From an uncultured Solibacteraceae bacterium (GTDB lineage Bacteria; Acidobacteriota; Vicinamibacteria; Vicinamibacterales; SCN-69-37): DNA of 32,773 nucleotides. Positions within the stretch are counted from its first letter, which is position 1. The number at the start of each line of letters is the position of its first letter. Below, piece by piece: positions 15,160-22,731 of the stretch. Location of the stretch: positions 1 to 32,773 of the forward strand of contig CAZLJG010000001.1 in assembly GCA_964559545.1 (NCBI GenBank), written 5' to 3'. The notes beneath the pieces were generated by a model, which saw only the letters and a program-made list of their open reading frames with translations, was not told where the DNA came from and did not search any database. The translations under genes and the position numbers were made by a program.

Positions 15160-17241
15160 CACCCGCACCCCGACACGTGCCGCGCGCCCGGGTGCCACGC
15201 TCACGAGCGGCGTCCGCCCGGTTTCCACGCGGGCATCGAACACGTTCTCAACGACACCAAACACAATCGCTCGACCCAACGTCGCCTGCGCACGCGCATC
15301 CACCTGTGTGGCGGACGCCAGCCTGAACGTATTCCGGTCATCGTCGAACTGGTGGCCTGTTGAGCGCACCACGACGCTCATCGCGCCGCGTGCCGTCGAG
15401 AAATCCGCAGCGACGGTGCCGCTCGCCGCCGGCACTTGTGGCAGGCGCTTGCCGTCCAGGATCGATTCGGTGGCGTTGTCGAAGGTGGCATCCACCCACT
15501 GCACTGACCCACGGACACGCAGGCGCGCGATGGGTCGCCACTCGCCGTCCACCTCGAGCCCCCGGGCCACGGCGTCTCCGGCGTTCTGGCGCTGTCGCAC
15601 CGTGTTCGTCACCGTGACGTTCACAATCGCATCCTGCACGACTGACGCAAACGCCGTCGCGCCAAAGGTCCACATGGAGCGCTGGAGCCGCACGCCGCCC
15701 TCAAACGCGCGCGCCCGTTCCGGCTTCAGGTCGGGATTCGGATTGGTCAGCAGCGCCCCCACGCGGAAACCGCGGGCCAGTTCGTTGAGCGTCGGCCACC
15801 GATGACTGGTCGCGGCCGATCCGCGCACGGTCATCAGGGTGGTCGCCTGCCATTCGAGCGCCACACGACCCACACCCGCCCGATCGCGTGCCGCATCGTC
15901 ATTGGGTGCAGCGCGCCATTCCTGGCGAACGCCGGCGCTGATGGTGAGGGCGCGGTGGCCGGTCCACGCGGCCTGAGCGGAGACGCTGTCGGCGTCGTCG
16001 CGCAGCGAGACGTCGGTGGCCGTGGTTGGGCGAATCTCGGAGAAGTCAGCAGAGGCGCGCGAGAACGTCGCCCGGACCAGACCGTAGCCGGCTGACGCCG
16101 AACGTCCGAGTTCAATGGCGGCTCTGGTCGTCGTGCCTTCGATCCGCTGCGTCGAGGTCAGCGACTCACTCACGCGACCAGAGGCGACTGCCGAGAACGT
16201 CTGATCAAATGCGTTTGGGCTGACCGACGCGCGCGCCGAAAAGGTCGTCGCCGCAGCGGCGGCCACATACGACGTCGCCAGCGTGTATCCCGACATCCGG
16301 TTGCGTTGCAGCACGGTGCCGTTGCCCCGGTCGTCGCGGCCACCGAGTCCTGAGATGGACCAGCGCCCGTGCGGCAGCGCGACGTCCACACGGCCAAAGG
16401 CATTCCACCACTCGGCGTCGGCAGGTCGATCAACCGGCCCTGCGGCACTCGCTTCGAGTGGGATGGTGCCGTCGGACCTGAATCCCCCGGCGGCCCCGAA
16501 CCACGACACGCGGCCCTGACGTCCACCGCCGGTCGCGTCGATCGCGTACGTGGCGCTTGTGCCGCCTTCCACCGACAGGCTCCCGGTTGGACGATCCGGC
16601 ACGGCTGACTGCAGCGAGATCACGCCGCCGAGCGCATCAGACCCAAACCGATCACCCGACGCGCCTGACATCACGTCGATCCGGTCCAGAGCGCCCGCGG
16701 GCACGCGCGTCCACGTGACCCAGCCTCCAAACCCATCGTTGAGGGGGATGCCGTCGAGGATCACCAGCCCCCGGCTCGCGCCGGACGCCGACAAGCCGCG
16801 CATCGTCACGCCATGCGTCGTCGGGTTGGCATACCGGGACGAGGACCGTCGGAACAGGGAGAACCCCGCCACGGTCCGCAGGCGCTCGTCCAACGTTACC
16901 GCCGGTGCCGTCGCGAGTGTCTCTCGCGACAGCGAGACGGCCCCTGGAGGCGCGCCAGGAGCCGCGACGACGACCGATGCGTCGGCAGCTCGTGGAAGCA
17001 GGGTAATCGTCACTGGGGAGGCCGTGACCCGCATACGAGTCGTGGCAAACCCTGGCGCGGAGACCACGAGGTCCAGCGGCAGTTCCAGGGCGTCGAACGT
17101 GAACTCACCGCTCGCGCCAGTCGTGGTCGTCACGGCCTCGCGCACAACCGCGGTCACCGTCGCACCGGCAATCGGCGACCCGTCAGGTGCGGTCACCGTG
17201 CCTGTCAGCAGAAGTATCAGCGCCGCAGCCGTCACACCCAT
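15136..17241 (-). CDS. TonB-dependent receptor with N-terminal carboxypeptidase-regulatory-like domain
   Basis: 701 aa. The N-terminus GTVTAPDGSPIAGATVTAVV...GEFTFDAL is CarboxypepD_reg-like. The plug block is RTVAGFSLFRRSSSRYANPTTHGVTMRGLSASGASRGLVILDGIPLND. The barrel ends ...GRAARVGVRVLF followed by GDLRR. The 3' end overlaps the pcnB 3' end by 24 nt. Confidence 0.85.
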   Translation of the reverse strand: MGVTAAALILLLTGTVTAPDGSPIAGATVTAVVREAVTTTTGASGEFTFDALELPLDLVVSAPGFATTRMRVTASPVTITLLPRAADASVVVAAPGAPPGAVSLSRETLATAPAVTLDERLRTVAGFSLFRRSSSRYANPTTHGVTMRGLSASGASRGLVILDGIPLNDGFGGWVTWTRVPAGALDRIDVMSGASGDRFGSDALGGVISLQSAVPDRPTGSLSVEGGTSATYAIDATGGGRQGRVSWFGAAGGFRSDGTIPLEASAAGPVDRPADAEWWNAFGRVDVALPHGRWSISGLGGRDDRGNGTVLQRNRMSGYTLATSYVAAAAATTFSARASVSPNAFDQTFSAVASGRVSESLTSTQRIEGTTTRAAIELGRSASAGYGLVRATFSRASADFSEIRPTTATDVSLRDDADSVSAQAAWTGHRALTISAGVRQEWRAAPNDDAARDRAGVGRVALEWQATTLMTVRGSAATSHRWPTLNELARGFRVGALLTNPNPDLKPERARAFEGGVRLQRSMWTFGATAFASVVQDAIVNVTVTNTVRQRQNAGDAVARGLEVDGEWRPIARLRVRGSVQWVDATFDNATESILDGKRLPQVPAASGTVAADFSTARGAMSVVVRSTGHQFDDDRNTFRLASATQVDARAQATLGRAIVFGVVENVFDARVETGRTPLVSVAPGRAARVGVRVLFGDLRR

Positions 17242-17247
17242 ACAGCC

Positions 17248-18336
17248 CTACCCGTTCTTCTTCTCGAACTCCCGCATGAACTCGACCAGCGCCGTGACGC
17301 CCTCTTCAGGGAACGCGTTGTAGATCGACGCGCGCATGCCGCCGACGCTGCGGTGGCCCTTGAGGCCGTCGAAGCCGGCCGCCGTTGCGGCTTTGGCGAA
17401 CGCCGTTTCCAGCTCCTCGCTCGGCAGGCGGAACGTGATGTTCATGCGCGACCGCGCATCCTTCCGCGCGTGCGGACGCCAGAACCCCGTGCGATCGAGC
17501 TCGGTGTACAGCGTGTCCGCCTTGCGGATATTGATCTGCTCAATGGCCGCGAGACCACCAACGCCCTTCAGCCACTTCAGCACCAGTCCGAGAATGTAGA
17601 TCCCGAACGCCGGCGGCGTGTTGTAGCGCGAGCCGTTTTCCGCATGCACCTTGTAGTTCATCATCGTCGGCAGCGAATCCGACGACCGGCCGAGCAGGTC
17701 TTCGCGAACAATGACGACCGTGACTCCGGAGGGGCCGAGGTTCTTCTGCGCACCGGCGTAGATGAGGCCGTATTTGGCGATGTCGATCGGCCGCGAAAAC
17801 ATGTTTGACGACGTGTCGCACACCAGTGGCGCATCACCGACCGACGGCAGGTGATGCCACTCGGTGCCGTGGATGGTGTTGTTGGACGTCATGTGCACGT
17901 AGGCCGCGCCCGGCGTCAGCGTCAACGCGTCCTGGGCGGGAATGTGATCGAAGTTTGTCGGTTCGGTGGTCGCGGCCACGGCAGTCTTGCCGACCTTCTT
18001 CGCTTCCTTGAGCGCCTTCTTGCCCCAGTCGCCGGTGAGAATGTAGTCGGCGGTGGCGCCCGCGGTCAGCAGGTTCATCGGCACCATGGAGAACTGCGTG
18101 CTCGCGCCTCCCTGCAGAAACAGAATCTTGTAGTTGTCCGGAATGCCTGCCAGCGAGCGCATGTCCGCCTCGGCGTTTTCCAGGATCGCGTCGAATGGCT
18201 TTGAGCGATGACTGATCTCCATCACCGACATGCCGACGCCTGGCAGCGCGATCAAATCCCGCTGCGCTTCTTCGAGGACGGGTAGCGGCAGAACGGCGGG
18301 ACCGGCGGAAAAATTAAAAATACGGTGCACGGACAT
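17248..18336 (-). CDS. serC: 3-phosphoserine/phosphohydroxythreonine aminotransferase
   Basis: 362 aa. The N-terminus MSVHRIFNFSAGPAVLPLPVLEEAQ is the hallmark FNFSAGPA. Also FLQGGASTQF and GLIYAGAQKNLGPSGVTVVIVRED, which carries the PLP lysine context. Confidence 0.95.
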   Translation of the reverse strand: MSVHRIFNFSAGPAVLPLPVLEEAQRDLIALPGVGMSVMEISHRSKPFDAILENAEADMRSLAGIPDNYKILFLQGGASTQFSMVPMNLLTAGATADYILTGDWGKKALKEAKKVGKTAVAATTEPTNFDHIPAQDALTLTPGAAYVHMTSNNTIHGTEWHHLPSVGDAPLVCDTSSNMFSRPIDIAKYGLIYAGAQKNLGPSGVTVVIVREDLLGRSSDSLPTMMNYKVHAENGSRYNTPPAFGIYILGLVLKWLKGVGGLAAIEQINIRKADTLYTELDRTGFWRPHARKDARSRMNITFRLPSEELETAFAKAATAAGFDGLKGHRSVGGMRASIYNAFPEEGVTALVEFMREFEKKNG

Positions 18337-18348
18337 GTGATGAGTTCC

Positions 18349-19566
18349 TCAGATGCGATGGACGAGCAGGCCATCGCGCAACTTGGGTTCGAACCAGGTG
18401 GATTTGGGCGGCATGATGTCGCCAGCGTCTGACACGGCCAGCAGATCGTCCACTGACACCGGGAACATCGAAAACGCGACGGCCGCCCGGCCCTCGTTGA
18501 CGGCGGCTTCGAGCGCAGCGGTGCCCCTGGCCCCGCCGACAAAGTCGATGCGTTTGTCGGTGCGGATGTCGCCGATGCCCAGCAGCGGCGTCAGCACTTC
18601 GCGCTGCAACACCGCCACCGCGAGGCTGTCGGCGCGTGACGTGCCTGAGGGTGACCCTGGCAACGTCACGACGTGCCAGCGACCGTCCACGTACACCGAC
18701 ACATCCTCAGGACGCTCGGGCACAGCGCCACCCTCGCGGACCACAAGGCGCGACCGCAACGCCGACAGGAAGTCGGCCGCCGATTGTCCGTTGAGGTCCT
18801 TCACCACGCGGTGATACGGCAGGATCTTCAACTGGCGATCGGGGAATGCCACGGCGATGAAGTGATCGGCCAGCTCCGTGGACTCACCCCGCTCGCGCAG
18901 CGTGGCGCGGGCCCTGGCCGCACTGGCGGCGCGGTGGTGACCGTCGGCGATGTAGAGCGCGGGAATCGCTGCAAACGCGGCGACGAGTGCGTCCCGGTCG
19001 GCCGGCGGCACGATCCACACCGTGTGGCGAATCCCATCCGGGGCCGCGAAGTCGTACAGCGGGTCGCCGGTGCACACACGGGTGGCGATGGCATCCACAA
19101 CTCCAACGGCGCGGTACGTGAGGAACACCACGCCCGTCTGCGCGCGCACGACGGTGATGTGGCGTGTGCGGTCGTCTTCCTTGTCTGGCCGCGTCTTTTC
19201 GTGTTTCTTGATCAGGTCGCGTTCGTACTCATCCACGCTGAAACATCCGGCCAGGCCGGTCTGCACGTGGTCCCCCATCTGCTGACGGTAGAAGTACAGC
19301 GAGGGCTCGGCGTCTTCGACCAGCGGGGCTCCCGCTTCGAGCGCGCGGAGATTTCCCGCCGCCCGATCGTAGATGGCCGGCGCATACGGATCGGCTCCGT
19401 CGGGAAAATCGACCTCGGACCGCGTCACGCGGAGAAAGCTGAGGGGGTTGTCGGCGGCCAGTGCGCGGGCTTCGTCGGTGGAGACCACGTCGTAGGGCAC
19501 GGAGGCCACGCGCGACGCAGCCGAAGGCGCCGGACGCAGCGCCCGGAACGGAGAGAGATGAGCCAT
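18349..19566 (-). CDS. DUF1015 domain-containing protein
   Basis: 405 aa. MAHLSPFRALRPAPSAASRVASVPYDVVSTDEARALAADNPLSFLRVTRSEVDF, and later ALYIADGHHRAASA, match my recollection of the DUF1015 (PF06245) family. There is a 12-nt gap to serC. Confidence 0.8.
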   Translation of the reverse strand: MAHLSPFRALRPAPSAASRVASVPYDVVSTDEARALAADNPLSFLRVTRSEVDFPDGADPYAPAIYDRAAGNLRALEAGAPLVEDAEPSLYFYRQQMGDHVQTGLAGCFSVDEYERDLIKKHEKTRPDKEDDRTRHITVVRAQTGVVFLTYRAVGVVDAIATRVCTGDPLYDFAAPDGIRHTVWIVPPADRDALVAAFAAIPALYIADGHHRAASAARARATLRERGESTELADHFIAVAFPDRQLKILPYHRVVKDLNGQSAADFLSALRSRLVVREGGAVPERPEDVSVYVDGRWHVVTLPGSPSGTSRADSLAVAVLQREVLTPLLGIGDIRTDKRIDFVGGARGTAALEAAVNEGRAAVAFSMFPVSVDDLLAVSDAGDIMPPKSTWFEPKLRDGLLVHRI

Positions 19567-19580
19567 GGTGGAAAAAGAGT

Positions 19581-20882
19581 CTACTGGCCCGACACGCCGG
19601 AGGCGACCGGGGCGGGCGACGCGGATGATGCGGGTGACAACGTCTGGCGGAGCTGCCCGAACAGGCGGTCTCGCGCCTCAAGGAACGACCCCATCTTGTC
19701 AGCGGGAATCGGCACGCCGGGCGGCATGTTCCGGTGTTCGGTCACCGGATTCACGTGGGCGCCACCCTTCTTCAGTTCGTAGTGCAGGTGGGTTGCGGTG
19801 ACCGTGCCCGAATTGCCCACACGGCCAACCGTCTGGCCTTGGTCCACTTTGGCACCCGGGCGGATGCCCGGCGCAATCGCCGAGAGGTGGAAGTACGCGC
19901 TCTCGTAGCCGTTGACGTGACGCACCACCACTCGACGGCCGGCGCCCCCGGCCCAGCCCGCCGACACCACGGTGCCTGCCGAGACGGCGACGACAGGCGT
20001 GCCGTACGCGGCGCGATAGTCCACGCCGCGGTGCGCGCGATAGACGCCGAGCACCGGGTGCAGGCGCGACCGGGAGAAACTTGACGTGACCGTGGGTTCA
20101 AACCCAAGCGGCGACTTGAGGAACTGCCGCTTGAGCGACCGGCCCTCAGCGTCGTACCACCCGAGGCGGCCGTCCGGGCCTTCGTGACGAATCGCCGTCA
20201 GCGTGCGCCCGTCGTTGTACAGCACGGCAGCCTGCACCCCGTCGTAGCCCGAAAATTCCCCGTCGCGCATCACGCGACCGAACAACACCTCAAAGCGATC
20301 GCCATCCTGCAGATCCGAATTGAAGTCCACATCACCCGAGAACGCATCCGACAACAACAACGCGAGCTGGATGTTTTCACCCTTGTCCTGCAGGGCGGCG
20401 AACAGGGACGGACGGGCCTTGGTGATCTCCACCTCGACCGCATCCATCACGACTTCCTTGGGATACGGGACGACTTCAACGTCGAACTCCGGAGTCTCGG
20501 CCGGGCTGTCGTCCTTCAGCACCACCCGGAGAAACCGATCCGCATCCATGCGGTACCGGAACTCCTGGAACAGGCCATCCAGCGTTGTCGTGACCTGATA
20601 CGGCCGGTTGGCCTGCAAGTGGCGCGGGTTGAAGACGCCGCGCACGGCGCCGACGATGGAATCGGCAAACGGCGACGAGGAGGGGTGACTCTTGAGCACG
20701 CTTTCGAGCGTGGCGTTGCGGGGGACTGTGGCTTCGACGATGGCCACGTCGAGGGGGAGCCGGACATCGTGGTGGACGACCGGGGAAAAATCGCGGTCCA
20801 GCGAGGTCAACACGGCAGCCATCGTGACGCCGCCAACAATGGCGGCCGCCGCGAGCACCGGGACCAGACGAGACCTAGACAT
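19581..20882 (-). CDS. M23 family metallopeptidase (peptidoglycan DD-endopeptidase-like), membrane anchored
   Basis: 433 aa with an N-terminal TM segment (VPVLAAAAIVGGVTMAAVL). M23 motifs are HRGVDYRAAYGTPVVAVSAGTVV...GNSGTVTATHLHYEL. Confidence 0.9.
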   Translation of the reverse strand: MSRSRLVPVLAAAAIVGGVTMAAVLTSLDRDFSPVVHHDVRLPLDVAIVEATVPRNATLESVLKSHPSSSPFADSIVGAVRGVFNPRHLQANRPYQVTTTLDGLFQEFRYRMDADRFLRVVLKDDSPAETPEFDVEVVPYPKEVVMDAVEVEITKARPSLFAALQDKGENIQLALLLSDAFSGDVDFNSDLQDGDRFEVLFGRVMRDGEFSGYDGVQAAVLYNDGRTLTAIRHEGPDGRLGWYDAEGRSLKRQFLKSPLGFEPTVTSSFSRSRLHPVLGVYRAHRGVDYRAAYGTPVVAVSAGTVVSAGWAGGAGRRVVVRHVNGYESAYFHLSAIAPGIRPGAKVDQGQTVGRVGNSGTVTATHLHYELKKGGAHVNPVTEHRNMPPGVPIPADKMGSFLEARDRLFGQLRQTLSPASSASPAPVASGVSGQ

Positions 20883-20959
20883 TCCTCACACGCTCCATAG
20901 CCATAACCCTCAAACCCCCAATACCTTACCATCCGACAGGCCGAGGCGTATCATTGACT

Positions 20960-20986
20960 CGAAACCGGGCGCCCTGTCCGGTTTCG
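20960..20986 (+). promoter_or_regulatory. 5'UTR stem-loop abutting the SD of the M28 peptidase gene
   Basis: cgaaaccgg (20960-20968), a 9-nt loop, then ccggtttcg (20978-20986). It is followed immediately by GGAGG (20986-20990) and ATG 20998. A TATCAT -10-like hexamer lies at 20949-20954. Confidence 0.35.
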
Positions 20987-20997
20987 GAGGTTCCCAC

Positions 20998-22680
20998 ATG
21001 AAACGCACCCGACTGTTCACCTTGGGTCTTACGGCCCTGGCCCTCACGACGTTTATCGCCCTGCCCAAAGGGGCCACCAACGAACCCATCGACTACGCCG
21101 CACTCGCCCGCATCCGGGCCGAGGGCCTGCAGAACTCGCAGGTCATGGAACTCGCGAGCTGGATGACCGACGTGTATGGACCGCGGCTGAGCGGGTCCCC
21201 CAACATTCAGAAAGCCGGCGAGTGGGCCGTGGCCACGATGAAGGGCTGGGGCATGACCAACGTCGCCATGGAACCGTGGGCGAATCAGACGATGTTCCCG
21301 CGGGGGTGGACCAACGACAAGTTCTACCTGGCGGCCGTGTCGCCACAGAGTTTCTCGATGATCGGCATGTCCACGGCATGGACACCGGGCACCAACGGCC
21401 TAGTGCGCGGGGATGCCGTGCTCGTGACGGCGACCACCGAGGCCGAGTTGAAGAAACTCTCCGGGACGTTGCGCGGCAAGTTCGTCATGACGGATCCCGC
21501 GCCTGATGTGGCCGCCTTCTGGACGCCGACCGCCACGCGGTACACCAAGGAACAGCTGGACGACCTCGAAGGCCCGACGCGCCCACCCGAGTTCGGCACG
21601 GTCGCGCCGGGCGCCGGACGTGCAGGAGGTGCTCCTGCAGCGGGCCGCGGTGGCGCGCCTGCGGCCGCGCCGTTTAATCGCACAGCGTTTTTCATCCAGG
21701 AAGGCGTCACCGCGGTGTTGACGACACATCCGCGCGGGCATGGCAACTTCCGCATCGGCGGCGCGAACCGCGGCGCGGACCCTGCGACACTGATCCCCTC
21801 GATCGTCGTTGTCGCCGAGCACTACGGGCGACTCGTCCGCATGCTGCAGAAGAACCTGCCCGTGCAGATCGAAGCGGACATCAAGAACACGTATCACCCC
21901 AACCCGCCGATGTTTGACGTGGTCGGTGAAATTCGCGGCACCGACAAGGCGGATGAAGTGGTGATGCTCGGCGCGCACTTCGACTCGTGGCATCCCGGCA
22001 CGGGCGCAACCGACAACGCCGCCGGATCGGCCGCGATGATGGAAGCGATGCGCATTCTGAAGGCGTCCGGCGTCACACTCCGCCGCACGGTGCGGCTGGG
22101 TCTGTGGAACGGCGAGGAACAGGGCCTGATCGGATCACGCGACTACGTGTCGAAACATTTTGTGGCGACCAGCGCGCCTGGTGCCGGAGCGCCGGTGGGT
22201 GGCGCGGCGCGTGGCGCGGGTGGCGGTCGGGGCGGCAACACAGGCCCGGTGCAGTACACGCCGGCGCATGCCAAGTTCTCGGGCTATTTCAACATCGACA
22301 ACGGCGGCGGGGCCATTCGCGGCATCTACCTGCAGGGCAACAACGCCGTTGCGCCAATCTTCCGCGCGTGGATCGATCCACTGCGTGATCTTGGCGTCAC
22401 GCACGTGACCATTCGCAACACGGGCGGCACCGACCACCAGTCATTCGACGGCGTCGGCCTGCCGGGTTTCCAGTTCATTCAGGATCCGCTCGAGTACAGC
22501 TCGTTCACTCACCACTCGAACATGGACACGTTCGAGCGCCTGCAGCCGGATGACATGCGCAAGAACGCGACCATCGCCGCGATCTTCGCGTTCCTCACGG
22601 CCAATCGCGACGACCTGCTGCCGCGCAAACCCGCGGCGCCGGCGGGCGGGCGCGGAGGACGCGGGGGTTCTGACGATTGA
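20998..22680 (+). CDS. exported M28 family aminopeptidase with PA-like insert
   Basis: Track ORF 20692..22680 trimmed to ATG 20998, which has GGAGG 7 nt upstream. Signal peptide MKRTRLFTLGLTALALTTFIALP. M28 metal-ligand blocks are GAHFDSWHPGTGATDNAAGSAAMMEA, LWNGEEQGLIGS and TDHQSF. Gly/Arg/Ala-rich inserts are also present. Confidence 0.85.
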   Translation: MKRTRLFTLGLTALALTTFIALPKGATNEPIDYAALARIRAEGLQNSQVMELASWMTDVYGPRLSGSPNIQKAGEWAVATMKGWGMTNVAMEPWANQTMFPRGWTNDKFYLAAVSPQSFSMIGMSTAWTPGTNGLVRGDAVLVTATTEAELKKLSGTLRGKFVMTDPAPDVAAFWTPTATRYTKEQLDDLEGPTRPPEFGTVAPGAGRAGGAPAAGRGGAPAAAPFNRTAFFIQEGVTAVLTTHPRGHGNFRIGGANRGADPATLIPSIVVVAEHYGRLVRMLQKNLPVQIEADIKNTYHPNPPMFDVVGEIRGTDKADEVVMLGAHFDSWHPGTGATDNAAGSAAMMEAMRILKASGVTLRRTVRLGLWNGEEQGLIGSRDYVSKHFVATSAPGAGAPVGGAARGAGGGRGGNTGPVQYTPAHAKFSGYFNIDNGGGAIRGIYLQGNNAVAPIFRAWIDPLRDLGVTHVTIRNTGGTDHQSFDGVGLPGFQFIQDPLEYSSFTHHSNMDTFERLQPDDMRKNATIAAIFAFLTANRDDLLPRKPAAPAGGRGGRGGSDD

Positions 22681-22722
22681 AATGAGGCAATGGGGCAATG
22701 AGGCAATGGAACGCCTCATTGC
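22681..22722. terminator. direct 13-mer repeat plus 10-bp stem hairpin between convergent genes
   Basis: AATGAGGCAATGG occurs at 22681-22693 and again at 22697-22709. GCAATGAGGC (22695-22704) pairs with GCCTCATTGC (22713-22722) across an 8-nt loop. There is no U-tract, so this is not a canonical intrinsic terminator. Confidence 0.4.
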
Positions 22723-22731
22723 TCCAGCGGC

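Noticed and set aside
16813-19782. Long plus-strand ORFs 16813..17808 and 18673..19782, and likewise 24328..25344 (+) and 5955..6845 (-)
   Set aside because: All are antisense to genes with strong family signatures (TBDR, serC, DUF1015, amidohydrolase, YkgJ and the CarboxypepD_reg protein). All show the Arg/Gly/His-rich composition of non-coding frames in high-GC DNA.
20692-20997. N-terminal extensions in the ORF track (2130, 6283, 11013, 20692, 25387, 25923, 28907 and 30949 starts)
   Set aside because: Each extension overlaps the neighbouring gene or its divergent partner and lacks signal-peptide or domain features. An internal ATG or GTG yields a canonical N-terminus (signal peptide, polA 5'-nuclease start, or DUF985 start).
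22681-22709. Possible CRISPR or tandem-repeat array (AATGAGGCAATGG x2)
   Set aside because: There are only two copies, 3 nt apart, with no spacers and no cas genes. It is better explained as part of a hairpin at a convergent gene junction.
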